Position numbers and translations under genes: made by a program. Below, in pieces: positions 17,863 to 27,738 of a stretch of DNA of 51,150 nucleotides. Under the pieces are notes generated by a model, which worked only from the letters and a program-made list of their open reading frames with translations, searched no databases and was not told where the DNA came from. The first letter of the stretch is position 1. Every line of letters begins with the position of its first letter. The stretch is from a phage: sequence record PX930853.1; one strand, written 5' to 3'.

Positions 17863-18525
17863 TTAATTGATGTCGGAAGATAAGAACGTAAATCGACCTT
17901 TCAGAGATACGGAGAGGGAAACAGTTTCCATTTCGTTCATGGTGGTTTGCGGAATGTCATTAAAGGACAATACGCCAGCCCAGCAACGCATCTCTTTAGC
18001 TTTCGGAACGTACATACGCAAAGCGGTTACGTCGCCGGATTCCTCAGCCTCGCGCAAGATCGGATAAATCGGATTATCATATTCATGCGCGAAAGTGTAG
18101 GTAAGAGAAACGGCGCTCTTATAGGTCGGTAACTGCTGCTCCTGGTCATCAGCCAAACACTGATAAGTGTAATACTGTTGCTCGCCGCCGTCCTGCGCAA
18201 GATCCTGTACGCAAGGAATCTCTACCCAAGATTTCACCTCTCGGAAAGTTGCTGTGTTCTGTCCTTCTGGAAATACGTTTGTATCTTTAGTGCTAACACC
18301 TTCAAGAGTAACACTTACATTATCTGAAACTTCCTTAACTCGAAGCACGCGACTAACAAGTTTACCCCAAGAAGATGTTTCAATAAGAACATAAGCGCCC
18401 TTTTTGATGCTTTGAGTGTTTGCAGTCGTAAAAACAGGATCATCAGCATTGATGATTTGAGTAGCGCTAATAGGCTCACCCATATTAACGCCGATGAAAA
18501 TTTGAGAACCATTAGGCAAGTGCAT
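17863..18525 (-). CDS. major tail protein
   Basis: 220-aa ORF immediately upstream of G/G-T/tape measure; followed by strong terminator. Confidence 0.75.
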   Translation of the reverse strand: MHLPNGSQIFIGVNMGEPISATQIINADDPVFTTANTQSIKKGAYVLIETSSWGKLVSRVLRVKEVSDNVSVTLEGVSTKDTNVFPEGQNTATFREVKSWVEIPCVQDLAQDGGEQQYYTYQCLADDQEQQLPTYKSAVSLTYTFAHEYDNPIYPILREAEESGDVTALRMYVPKAKEMRCWAGVLSFNDIPQTTMNEMETVSLSVSLKGRFTFLSSDIN

Positions 18526-18527
18526 GA

Positions 18528-18929
18528 TTATTCCTCCTTTGTATCAAGCCTAACACTGAAACGGATCGGCAATAACCAACCTGTTTCACTTTTTAGTAAT
18601 GTGTTGACGTTTGCCCCCTCGCTAATATAGCCAGTTTCAATCATTCTACCATCATAGAAAAATCTCGCAATCTCTTTAGCCAGCAAACGCGCTTTATCAG
18701 TGCCGCCGCCAGGAGGAATGACAATTCCAACCTGAACCAAACCGATGTAAGAAACACATTTTCTATCAAGAGATATGCGATCCGTGTCCGCTTCCATGTA
18801 GTTAAATTTTAACCACATAGAACCATCTCCAGGCGGCACAAAATCAACGTTTTCATAGGCTATCTTAAATCGTGATTCATATTCAGCCGCCAGCGCCTTT
18901 CTTGCCGCCAACATTAAATCATAGTGCAT
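18528..18929 (-). CDS. tail terminator / tail completion protein, putative
   Basis: 133-aa ORF directly upstream of major tail gene; assignment by position. Confidence 0.4.
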   Translation of the reverse strand: MHYDLMLAARKALAAEYESRFKIAYENVDFVPPGDGSMWLKFNYMEADTDRISLDRKCVSYIGLVQVGIVIPPGGGTDKARLLAKEIARFFYDGRMIETGYISEGANVNTLLKSETGWLLPIRFSVRLDTKEE

Positions 18930-19371
18930 TTTTTGCCCTCGAATCCTTTATTGCCTTAGCCATATAAGATCGCAGCTTTACCGCCACGATTCCAAGTACG
19001 CCGGACGGCGCTTGTTTTGAATGACCGTATTCAAGCGCGTTGGCGTAAATGAGCATGTTTGAAAAATAGATTGACCGCACCGCGCCACCGCCACGCATGA
19101 TTGCATATATTGCTCGCTTGCCTTCTGCAATGGTTTTACTACCATCTCGATCGTATTGGTTGAGCGCATATAGAGGCGGCTTGTTTGCTGTTATCTGCCA
19201 GTTAGCTTTATATCGGCCCGTATCAACTGGCGAGCGCTTTACAAGATCCTCGTGGACGTTTGTCGCGAACATTTCAACACAATCAACAAGGCCGCTGCTT
19301 ACTGAATCAATCCACCTGCTTATATCACCGTGAAATTCTCTGATCTTATAATTATCAGCCATGCACAGCAA
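18919..19371 (-). CDS. neck protein (HK97 gp10-like), putative
   Basis: 150-aa ORF in head-tail joining cluster; assignment by position and size. Confidence 0.4.
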   Translation of the reverse strand: MLCMADNYKIREFHGDISRWIDSVSSGLVDCVEMFATNVHEDLVKRSPVDTGRYKANWQITANKPPLYALNQYDRDGSKTIAEGKRAIYAIMRGGGAVRSIYFSNMLIYANALEYGHSKQAPSGVLGIVAVKLRSYMAKAIKDSRAKNAL

Positions 19372-19735
19372 TCCTCCTTAATATCGGACGATAAGCTGCC
19401 GTGATGTTAGTCTGCCTGACTGGTCTTGCTTCAACGACAACATAACGTTCGCCATCAATTTCAATCTGATAACCATTTTTGATCTCAGTTTCATTGGTGA
19501 ATATCCCCAACTTGTCGGTTACTCGGATTGTTTCACCGTCAACCTCTCTAGTTCTAGGGGATCTAACAAGCCCCTTTATCATCACTGAAATCTCCGGCTT
19601 GGTAACTTCCTCTCCGCCGATAATCTCAACTCCGCCCTGCTGCGTGATGCACTTAAACATACCGTTAGCGTCGCTGAAAAAGTTAATCCCAGCCGTAGCC
19701 ATTCTTGCAATCTCATTGTAGTTCATCGGCAACAT
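19355..19735 (-). CDS. head closure / head-tail adaptor protein, putative
   Basis: 126-aa ORF in head-tail joining cluster. Confidence 0.4.
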   Translation of the reverse strand: MLPMNYNEIARMATAGINFFSDANGMFKCITQQGGVEIIGGEEVTKPEISVMIKGLVRSPRTREVDGETIRVTDKLGIFTNETEIKNGYQIEIDGERYVVVEARPVRQTNITAAYRPILRRIAVHG

Positions 19736-20142
19736 CTCCGGCGCAATCCAGTTACAAGGCCAAAACCTCCACCGTGCTTACGGTTTAATACTTCGTACAT
19801 TTTGCCCCACGGCGTTTGTCGGATCTGCTTTCCGCTTGTATCGGAAGAGATTCGATCAAACGTCTGACTAAACTCACCAGTCAGAGTGAACGAGGCGACG
19901 CGGCGGGAATAGCTTTCTACGCTTTCACCTTCCTGTTTCATTGCCCCGTCTAAGGTCATAAGGTGAAGAGTGTAAAGAGCAACCGCTTTCTGGTATGAGT
20001 TTTTAAACCGCTTTTTGCAAACAAACTCTTTAGCAAGCTCAATCCATGCCACAATTAAATCGGGATCAACTTGTTGCATTGGCGGCGCTAACTTTACGAT
20101 TTGCTGCATGATTTCAGCGTCTGTGTAAAATTCATCTACCAT
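19723..20142 (-). CDS. head-tail connector protein (gp6-like), putative
   Basis: 139-aa ORF following capsid genes. Confidence 0.4.
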   Translation of the reverse strand: MVDEFYTDAEIMQQIVKLAPPMQQVDPDLIVAWIELAKEFVCKKRFKNSYQKAVALYTLHLMTLDGAMKQEGESVESYSRRVASFTLTGEFSQTFDRISSDTSGKQIRQTPWGKMYEVLNRKHGGGFGLVTGLRRRCCR

Positions 20143-20188
20143 TTTGTTTTCTCCAGATGTGACAAAGGGCGCATAAGCGCCCCAATTA

Positions 20189-20455
20189 TTAATATTCGCC
20201 GCCGTCCTCTAGCTCTTTGCGGCTCTTGCCCTCGGTAGGATCTTTTTTGCGCTTTTTCTCCGCTTTCGCCTTGATTTGCTCGTTAATTTCGGAATTGTCT
20301 TTAACTTCCACATCACCGCGAGCGATCAGGTATTCAACTGCGGAATCATTAATGCGATCGGATTCAATTTCAATTTCATCACCAGGATGATAACGCTTAC
20401 CGTCCATAATAATCATGCAAACGCCAGTTACTTTAAGTTTTAAAGTTTTGCTCAT
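20189..20455 (-). CDS. hypothetical head-associated protein
   Basis: 88-aa ORF ([11 protein letters not shown]...) with GGAG RBS; highly charged C-terminus. Confidence 0.4.
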   Translation of the reverse strand: MSKTLKLKVTGVCMIIMDGKRYHPGDEIEIESDRINDSAVEYLIARGDVEVKDNSEINEQIKAKAEKKRKKDPTEGKSRKELEDGGEY

Positions 20456-20512
20456 TTTGTGTACTCCATAAATAAAGAAAGGGGAACCATTAAGGCTCCC
20501 CATGTTATCTAA

Positions 20513-21484
20513 TTAATCAGCTTTTTTCAAGCCAGTAATAAGCACCATCGTAAAAGGACGATAAATCGTAAGGCCAGTACACTTGGAAGTGCAAGGAACC
20601 TTGAAATGTAGGTCTTTTGGCTGCGCCGGAAGCATGTTAAACGCTTCTGGAATCTCAATGCTCATGTTCATTGGATCTTTTTCGTAAACCAAGCAACCTT
20701 TCGTACCTTTGCCGTCAATATCCTCAAGCTCTGCGATAGAGTCGATAGTGATACCGCCGTTTTGCTTCTGGAAGTATTCCAGATAACTTTCAGTGGTATT
20801 TTCCATTCGAACCGTCAGGACTTTGCGCATGGACGGCGGGATCAGGATGTTAGTCGCGCGGTGCTGGCCTTTTGTTACTTCCTCGATCGTTTCGATTGCG
20901 GCCTCCAGTTCATCGCTTGCTACCTGCGGGAACTTGGTATTGCCGTCATTGCTCATCCAGCCTTTGGATGCAATTTTCGTAAGGTTAGGGTGATCGAAAA
21001 CGGAAACGATCTTATGAGGCTTAGAACCTTTGAACACCAGGAAGTTAATCAACTGATCATGCGCATTTTGCGCAGCGTTAGCCTTGCGAGTTGACAGGCT
21101 CTTGCCAGTTCGCTGACCTGCTTTAATCTCATCAATGGAGATCAGATAAGCGTTACCCAGGCGGAACACTTTGCCAAACTCAGAAGTCATCAGCGCGTCC
21201 ACAGTTGGCAGATCATCGGTGTAGTCGGCGATAATTTTCGCGTAGCCAACCTTATCAAAAGTCTGATATTCGAAAGTCTTGTCAGTATCAGAAAGCTCGT
21301 TTGTTACAGGGAATACGCGAAGCGCGGAACCTGCCGGATACTCTTTCTCGTATGCGGTAGAGCGGATCTTGTGTAGCTCTTGAGCGGTCCAAATACCCAT
21401 ATCAGAAGCGTCGGTCTTAACACCCTGAATCTGCAAATGATTCGCTACAATCGTAGCATCTAGTTCATCATATTTTTTAGCCAT
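20513..21484 (-). CDS. major capsid protein
   Basis: 323-aa ORF with GGAGG RBS, downstream of scaffold and decoration-like genes. Confidence 0.8.
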   Translation of the reverse strand: MAKKYDELDATIVANHLQIQGVKTDASDMGIWTAQELHKIRSTAYEKEYPAGSALRVFPVTNELSDTDKTFEYQTFDKVGYAKIIADYTDDLPTVDALMTSEFGKVFRLGNAYLISIDEIKAGQRTGKSLSTRKANAAQNAHDQLINFLVFKGSKPHKIVSVFDHPNLTKIASKGWMSNDGNTKFPQVASDELEAAIETIEEVTKGQHRATNILIPPSMRKVLTVRMENTTESYLEYFQKQNGGITIDSIAELEDIDGKGTKGCLVYEKDPMNMSIEIPEAFNMLPAQPKDLHFKVPCTSKCTGLTIYRPFTMVLITGLKKAD

Positions 21485-21499
21485 TTTGTTTCCTCCATA

Positions 21500-21528
21500 A
21501 AAAAGGCCGTTAAATGTAACGGCCTAGA
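21500..21528 (-). terminator. hairpin + T6 immediately upstream of major capsid RBS
   Basis: AGGCCGTTACATTTAACGGCCT dyad followed by TTTTTT on minus strand. Confidence 0.45.
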
Positions 21529-21529
21529 T

Positions 21530-21550
21530 GATAGCACTTTTTGTTAAACG
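21530..21550 (+). promoter_or_regulatory. conserved intergenic box, oriented opposite to flanking late genes
   Basis: GATAGCACTTTTTGTTAAACG between decoration-like gene stop and capsid gene start. Confidence 0.3.
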
Positions 21551-21573
21551 TGCAATGTTTTTTATGCTACTAG

Positions 21574-22356
21574 TTATTCGCCAGCGGTTTTCGTAAATAC
21601 AATATCAAACTGGTCAGCAACTCCAGAACCATCATTAGCAGTCCAGGTGACGTTAACTCTTCCTCCTACACCAGTAGGAACAACAAGACCTGTGCGGCTA
21701 ACACTGGCAACCTTTGGATATTGTGGATTTGTAATTGTCCACTGACCCGTTTTGTCATCAGCCCAAGTCGGAACAACCGTTACCTTTAATTGAACGTTGT
21801 TGATCGTCTCTGTGCCCTCTATGTATCCATTTTCAGCCTCAATAATCGCACCAGTGAGAAGATATTTTCTATGATAAAGCGGCGTTATTCTGACTCCGAC
21901 TATGTTTATTGTTTCATCAAACTTGTAGAAGTCACCAGTAAAAATCCAGCCATCGACGATTTCATCGCCATCACTCTTTGCTACAAAACCATCATTGTTA
22001 ACATAAACAAGATCCCCATGCTCAGGGGGAGATTCAATTGTTTGAGTTACACACCATACAACACCTCTTGTCAAAATGTTGATGGCGTCTCCTTCCTTGT
22101 AGTCGGAATACCCGTCTTCCTCGTTAACTGTCGTTGTTATGTTGCTTCTTAGCGCAACACCCGCAACCACGGCATCCTCCTCTTTGTGGTCAACAAATAT
22201 GTTGTAACCGCCGATTCTCTCCTTAAAGAAAACAACCTTACCAGCAATGATCGATTCAGAACCACAAACGCCAGTACCATCAATATTGTAGCGAGTAGAA
22301 TCAACCAAACAACCAGGGCAAGAAAGACCCATAACAGATGAATAATCTTTAGCCAT
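21574..22356 (-). CDS. putative capsid decoration/structural protein with C-terminal Ig-like domain (paralog 1)
   Basis: 260 aa; N-terminal 160 aa paralogous to 22407..22916 product; C-terminal segment resembles bacterial Ig-like fold. Confidence 0.5.
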   Translation of the reverse strand: MAKDYSSVMGLSCPGCLVDSTRYNIDGTGVCGSESIIAGKVVFFKERIGGYNIFVDHKEEDAVVAGVALRSNITTTVNEEDGYSDYKEGDAINILTRGVVWCVTQTIESPPEHGDLVYVNNDGFVAKSDGDEIVDGWIFTGDFYKFDETINIVGVRITPLYHRKYLLTGAIIEAENGYIEGTETINNVQLKVTVVPTWADDKTGQWTITNPQYPKVASVSRTGLVVPTGVGGRVNVTWTANDGSGVADQFDIVFTKTAGE

Positions 22357-22380
22357 TTCATTTCTCCTTACATAATAAAA

Positions 22381-22407
22381 AAGGCGCTCAAGCGAGCGCC
22401 TTGATTT
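22381..22407. terminator. bidirectional hairpin terminator
   Basis: GGCGCTC-AAGC-GAGCGCC stem with A/T flanks. Confidence 0.5.
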
Positions 22408-22916
22408 TAGCTTGGGAAGACCTTAACTTCAAACAAAGTCAACGCACCTTCGCCAGTTCCAAATGTGGTTTTATCCCCCGTGTAAATCCAGTTAGTATTG
22501 ATAGTGCCAGCACTTTTCACCTTGCCAGTGTTTTCATCAATTTTTACAGGCTCACGATACAATGGATTTTTGTTCTTGTCGGAATCATCGCCAATCATCC
22601 AAACACGGCCCTCGGTCATAACGTTGATTCCGCCGCCAGCCTCATAAACCATTCGCCCATTATCAGCCGTGGTTTGAAAGTGCGAGCGGATGCCAACGCC
22701 ATAAGGAACATCACCACCACCAGAAATAGCGTCGATCAGCTTATTACCCATTGAGTCAACGCCTTTTAGCTTAACAGCCACGCCAACCAGGATTGGGATG
22801 CCGTCTTCCTTGTCAAGAACGCAAGCGCCGTCGATGTTATATGCCGACGTGTCGGATACCTGACCAGGAAGAGCGCGCGCCATAGTGTCAAAATAACTTG
22901 CTCCAATTTTAGCCAT
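22407..22916 (-). CDS. putative capsid decoration/structural protein (paralog 2)
   Basis: 169 aa; shares YNIDG..., IN(I/V)(L/M)T.G.VW and W(I)(F/Y)TGD blocks with 21574..22356 product. Confidence 0.5.
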   Translation of the reverse strand: MAKIGASYFDTMARALPGQVSDTSAYNIDGACVLDKEDGIPILVGVAVKLKGVDSMGNKLIDAISGGGDVPYGVGIRSHFQTTADNGRMVYEAGGGINVMTEGRVWMIGDDSDKNKNPLYREPVKIDENTGKVKSAGTINTNWIYTGDKTTFGTGEGALTLFEVKVFPS

Positions 22917-22928
22917 TTTAATTACTCC

Positions 22929-24044
22929 TTATTTCAGTTTCTCAAAACGAGCGTTAGGATTCAGCTTGCAACCTGCGTCATCCTGTTTTTCATTAGCGAA
23001 AGAGTCACCTTTAATGCTCTTACGCTGTGCCGCCATTTTATCAGAGTTTTTGGCGATGTCGAAAGCTGTTTCGATATAGGCATCAGCTTTATCAGAAACG
23101 TCATTACCCATAACTTCTTTTATGTATGCAACCTTGATTGCTTTCGCATCCAGGCCGTCGCACTTGATGCCTAACTCTTTAGCGTCTGCCACTAATTGAG
23201 CATATTGCTCGGCATCTTCTTTGGCCTTCTTGACTGCGGCATCAATCTGATCCTGAATGCCATCTACTTTGGTTTGCAGCGCATCGCGCTCAGCTTCCAG
23301 GCCATCCGCCTTTTCTTTCTGTGCTTTGGCATCAGCTTTAAGCGTTTCAATGTGTTCCGCAACTGCTTTCGGCACATCAAATTCTACAGCGCCATCCAGT
23401 TTAATTTTTACAGTCATGATTTGATCCTCTTTGTTGTTAATAACGTCGTCACTATACGGAAAATCTTGCTGGCTATCAAGGTTTAATTTTGCAATACCGG
23501 CTCGACCTCGGAAAACTAAAGCGATGTGGTTTACCTTGATTTCAGTCTGGATTGCATCAAACTTAACCCAATCAGGAGAGTCAGGTTTCCAGTCTTCGCT
23601 AACATCCTCATCGAAAACGTACTCACCAGTTTTATTATTTCCCCAGCCTGGTTTATCAATATCAACCGATGTGTAACCAACTGAAATTTCAGCCGTGTCT
23701 CGCTTCTTCGCGCTTTCGATTGCTCGTTTTGAGTAAATGCTTAACGGAACCTCTACGCCGATCCCGTTCGGCACACCAGCGCCAGCACAAGAACCAACCA
23801 CAACCTTTTCGGCGTTTTCTGGAGTTACCGTAACGTGACCAACCGTGACTGGCTTCCCTGCGAAGGTGGCGAGTGAGTCGGCCTTGAACACTTCGGACGC
23901 AGGACGAAATTCTCTGCGCTCACCGAAAGGAGTCTGATAGACTTGTAAACCAATTCGCGCCACGATAGGGCGATCAACTAAAAACCCGTTATCATCAAAG
24001 TGCGCCTTTACTTTGGCGCTATCAAATCTTTGTTTTGCTTTCAT
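22929..24044 (-). CDS. head scaffolding protein with N-terminal prohead-protease-like domain, putative
   Basis: 371 aa; C-terminal half is charged coiled coil (KADAKAQKEKADGLEAERDALQTKVDGIQDQIDAAVKKAKEDAEQ); lies between head morphogenesis and capsid genes. Confidence 0.5.
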   Translation of the reverse strand: MKAKQRFDSAKVKAHFDDNGFLVDRPIVARIGLQVYQTPFGERREFRPASEVFKADSLATFAGKPVTVGHVTVTPENAEKVVVGSCAGAGVPNGIGVEVPLSIYSKRAIESAKKRDTAEISVGYTSVDIDKPGWGNNKTGEYVFDEDVSEDWKPDSPDWVKFDAIQTEIKVNHIALVFRGRAGIAKLNLDSQQDFPYSDDVINNKEDQIMTVKIKLDGAVEFDVPKAVAEHIETLKADAKAQKEKADGLEAERDALQTKVDGIQDQIDAAVKKAKEDAEQYAQLVADAKELGIKCDGLDAKAIKVAYIKEVMGNDVSDKADAYIETAFDIAKNSDKMAAQRKSIKGDSFANEKQDDAGCKLNPNARFEKLK

Positions 24045-24054
24045 TTAATACCTC

Positions 24055-24810
24055 TTAACTGTTCCAATCTGGTATGGCCCAACAACGACAACCGAAAGGC
24101 TCACCAGGAAAATCATGTTCAGAATCTAGCGCAATGCGCTTACCTTCCCATTGTACATGCTGCAATCGCTCTCTGTCATCAAGCATACCATGCCAAAAAT
24201 AATGAGTTACTTTTGCATCATACAGACGCTGGCGCATGAGTCTACTATTCCAAGCGCCTATGATGTTTTCCGCCCTGGTCTTACCCCAAGAGCTATAAAC
24301 TGCGAACCTCTTACCAGCCAATTCATTAACCTGACTATCTCTCATTCCGCGAAAGTTTGCCGATCTGATATTGGTTGACCAGTCAGACACAATGTTTCCA
24401 AATAGTTTTTGAAGAGATGCGATCGTCATGTCATGCCATTGACCGTATAGCGTCATATACCAACTCTCATTCGCATTGGCCCCAATAGCCATAAGGATGA
24501 TAACGGCGGAATTTGACTTGCCTCCCGATGATTTCGCTACGTTAATAAATTGCTTTGCGTTGAATTTATAAACAGCAAGGCCGATAACCGGAAGTGATGC
24601 GGCGATGCCAGCTATTAGCTTTAACGCGAAGCTACTAATCTCATCCTCTGCGGCGTTGATTTCTTCGGTGTCCGCGTCAAATTTCATCCCCTTTGTTTTG
24701 CTGCGCATCAGCACAACAAGATCCCTTATCGCCTCCTGAATTGAGCGGCGCAATTGCCGCTCGCTTGCTTCAGGAAAGCGCCATTGTTTAACGACGCCTT
24801 TCACTATCAT
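24055..24810 (-). CDS. head morphogenesis protein (Mu F / SPP1 gp7-like minor capsid protein)
   Basis: 251-aa ORF directly after portal; conserved C-terminal FGCRCW-type motif. Confidence 0.55.
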   Translation of the reverse strand: MIVKGVVKQWRFPEASERQLRRSIQEAIRDLVVLMRSKTKGMKFDADTEEINAAEDEISSFALKLIAGIAASLPVIGLAVYKFNAKQFINVAKSSGGKSNSAVIILMAIGANANESWYMTLYGQWHDMTIASLQKLFGNIVSDWSTNIRSANFRGMRDSQVNELAGKRFAVYSSWGKTRAENIIGAWNSRLMRQRLYDAKVTHYFWHGMLDDRERLQHVQWEGKRIALDSEHDFPGEPFGCRCWAIPDWNS

Positions 24811-26099
24811 TGATTGCTACCCTCGGTTGTTCCTGGCTCCGGCTCTACGTCCTGCTCAGGTAATTTAATGTTATTTCCGTCCTTTAGTTTAACGTTAGGC
24901 GCAATGGCTCGCAATGTGTCGCGCGCCTCCTCTGTATCCATGAATTGACCGTCAATAGCCTTGCTCAAAGAATCAATATTCTTGTTCAAGATCTCGGCTT
25001 GGTCCTTTTCACTGGGAACGCTTAACGGCGCAAACTGAATACTCCATTCTTCCTCTTGAATCAGGAACGGGATCAGAAATTCAAGGATTGGTTTGTATTC
25101 TTCCTTTCGCTTTCGATCGATCAGCTTGTAGAAGGTTTCAAGCGCCGTGTTTTGGCTCGCGCTAACACCGCCAACGTTCTTGTTTTTGAGGATGATTTCA
25201 TGGATTCCGGAAAGAGATACAATGCGATCCATCTTCTTTTCCAGGAATGAATCGACACCGGAAATATCAGAATTTAAAACATCATATTCCTCATCTTCCG
25301 CATCAATGCCGATCGCACGACCTACGCCACCCTCATCATCAACTTGAGCAAGGCGCAAACGTGCGGCGCTAACACCATCATCATCATCACAAAGATCAGC
25401 AAGACCTTTAGCCTTCCATACCGCCTGTTGCTTACGTCGCAACAATTGAGTTGCTAAGTTTTCGCAGTAGTTGTAATCACAAATAGCCTCAACCAATCGC
25501 TTATTCAGGATTGACTCACCCCAACCATCATTTGATTGACGTCGCTGATTTGGTAGCCGCTCACCGTCGATAATACAGACTCGCGAATAGTGAACCTGAT
25601 ATTCTGGCAAGTCCGCACCAGGTGAAATGGTGTAAATTAATGGCTCACCATATCGCACCTTGCGTGGATTAGTTTCTCGCTTTTCTACGCGAACCTGAAA
25701 GCGATCGTAAACGCGAACATCTTCAAGGATTGCACCAGGCGCTGCAGGTGACTTTAACGACCTGCCATCCTGAACGATTGCCACGATTGCCGCGCCACCA
25801 AAAAGACGCGACCAGCAAAGCGCATCAATGATTTTATCGTTTAGTCGCTTCTCATCCCACAAAGATCTAAAACTCTCCTCATCTTCCACGCCATCAATAT
25901 TAAATCCAGGTGTCACCATTTCTTCTGGAACAACGTCGATAATTCGTTTTGCTAGGCCGTCGAGAATGTAAAAATCAGCGTGCGTGGTGTATTCGAACCC
26001 TTGCATAAAGAAAGGCAACTCCACACGCCCATTGTCCTTGCTACCCTTGAAAATCTCGTTGTATCCATCGGCCTTAACTAGCCTTGTTTTTTCGCTCAT
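24807..26099 (-). CDS. portal protein
   Basis: ~430-aa ORF directly downstream of terminase large subunit; acidic C-terminus; GGAG RBS before ATG 26099. Confidence 0.8.
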   Translation of the reverse strand: MSEKTRLVKADGYNEIFKGSKDNGRVELPFFMQGFEYTTHADFYILDGLAKRIIDVVPEEMVTPGFNIDGVEDEESFRSLWDEKRLNDKIIDALCWSRLFGGAAIVAIVQDGRSLKSPAAPGAILEDVRVYDRFQVRVEKRETNPRKVRYGEPLIYTISPGADLPEYQVHYSRVCIIDGERLPNQRRQSNDGWGESILNKRLVEAICDYNYCENLATQLLRRKQQAVWKAKGLADLCDDDDGVSAARLRLAQVDDEGGVGRAIGIDAEDEEYDVLNSDISGVDSFLEKKMDRIVSLSGIHEIILKNKNVGGVSASQNTALETFYKLIDRKRKEEYKPILEFLIPFLIQEEEWSIQFAPLSVPSEKDQAEILNKNIDSLSKAIDGQFMDTEEARDTLRAIAPNVKLKDGNNIKLPEQDVEPEPGTTEGSNQ

Positions 26100-26116
26100 A
26101 GTCAAATCTCCATAAT

Positions 26117-26140
26117 AAAAAAGGCTGGAAAAATCCAGCC
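26117..26140 (-). terminator. hairpin + T-run between terminase large subunit and portal genes
   Basis: GGCTGGA-AAAA-TCCAGCC stem; T6 on minus strand. Confidence 0.45.
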
Positions 26141-26169
26141 TTGATTATATAACTTTTTAGCAATTAGTG

Positions 26170-27738
26170 CTATTTATTGCGTAGACCTGCCAGCTTTTTC
26201 ATCCTTGCTACCGGATCATCTGCCAAATTCATTTCGACGTTAACAGCATCAACTATATTATCGACAATATCATCATGGGGATGAGAATCATCAAAAGTGA
26301 ATGCTGCAACCTCTGCTAGTATCTCAGGCAGCATGGGGTGATTTTCTGGCAGTGCCACACGTCCGGCCCTCATTACTGGCGCGGCGTCCATTGCTCGCGT
26401 CACCTTGTCATTGCTTCGCTGAACGGGATTTATATCAATCGGGATCTTCTTTTTGGCCCCCTGAATCAAACCCGTGCCGCTGGCCTTATCCTCAATGTGG
26501 ATACGTCGCAAGCTGCCACACTCCTTATTGCGCTTCCAGCACTGGTTAACGAAGGCAATAAAATTTAATTCAAGATCCGGCGCTTCCCACTTTCCGCGAA
26601 TGCCATCAATGAAGTAAACTCGATTCTTATACATCCCCCAATAACAAAAAACCGAATAGTCGTTAAGCTCTCCGGCCTTCTGCGCGGTATCTCCAGTAAT
26701 AAATGTGTATTCAAAGCGATCCGGTTTTGGTAGTGCGCACTTTTCGCCGCTGCCGTAATACTGGAACCACTCTGTTTTAAACACGTTCCCGCCAAGCGCG
26801 ATTGGTTGCTGTTGGTATTGGCTGGCGAACGTGTAAGGATCTGCATTGCGCAATGCAAGCAACTCCTCCGCGCTTTCCTTCGCAGGCCAAAATGAATAAT
26901 GAGCGACGCCATCTATCATCACTGGCTTACTTGACAGCACATCACGATCAAATTCAGGCTTCAACCAATCAGGAAGCGTTTCGCGGTATTCTTTCGTAAC
27001 CAGCGCCGGAATGCTCACGACTTTAAACTCAATACCACCCATCCCGCCATTAAGCATGAACCAGGTGGAATCATTAACGTGTAGTCGCTGTTGCACCATA
27101 ACAATTGGCGTTGTGTCTTTCATTCGACGCGATCGCACTGTGTTTTTTAACCGCATATGAATAGCCTCGCGCTTGACCTTAGAAAGCATATCATCCGGCT
27201 TGTCTGGATCGTCAAGAACCAGCATACCAGTAAAACCATCGTCCATATAGCCGCCACGCAAACCTGTTACCTGGCCGCCAATAGAACGTGAGTTAACTTG
27301 CAATTTAACCTTGCCGCCTTCGGTGACTATCAGATCTTTAGCGCTCGCCTTTGCCAGTTTTCCTGGCCATAGCTCTTGCCACTCATGAGAACCAATAATC
27401 TCCTTTATCCGGTTGCTGTTTTGCTGGACAAGGCCATCACTAAACGAAAGGTTAAGATTTCTCACCTTCCGGCTTTTCAATGACGCGTAGGGTGACATGT
27501 GGATCGAGAAAATCTCAGTCTTGCCGCTACCTGGAGTAATGTTGAAAATCACATTCCGCGACTCTCCATTGATGATCTTCTCTACCTCACTGCACAATAA
27601 GCTAAAATGCCAGTTGCTCTGGAATTTTTGCCCCTGCAATAATTGGAACCAGATTCTGATCATCTTTTCGAATGAATGCTCACTGATTTCTTTAATGGCT
27701 CGCTTTTGCGCAGCCGTCAAATCTTCCCATATGATCAT
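26170..27738 (-). CDS. terminase large subunit
   Basis: 522 aa; Walker A-like PGSGKTE, nuclease-type C-terminal acidic residues; start overlaps small-subunit stop. Confidence 0.85.
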   Translation of the reverse strand: MIIWEDLTAAQKRAIKEISEHSFEKMIRIWFQLLQGQKFQSNWHFSLLCSEVEKIINGESRNVIFNITPGSGKTEIFSIHMSPYASLKSRKVRNLNLSFSDGLVQQNSNRIKEIIGSHEWQELWPGKLAKASAKDLIVTEGGKVKLQVNSRSIGGQVTGLRGGYMDDGFTGMLVLDDPDKPDDMLSKVKREAIHMRLKNTVRSRRMKDTTPIVMVQQRLHVNDSTWFMLNGGMGGIEFKVVSIPALVTKEYRETLPDWLKPEFDRDVLSSKPVMIDGVAHYSFWPAKESAEELLALRNADPYTFASQYQQQPIALGGNVFKTEWFQYYGSGEKCALPKPDRFEYTFITGDTAQKAGELNDYSVFCYWGMYKNRVYFIDGIRGKWEAPDLELNFIAFVNQCWKRNKECGSLRRIHIEDKASGTGLIQGAKKKIPIDINPVQRSNDKVTRAMDAAPVMRAGRVALPENHPMLPEILAEVAAFTFDDSHPHDDIVDNIVDAVNVEMNLADDPVARMKKLAGLRNK

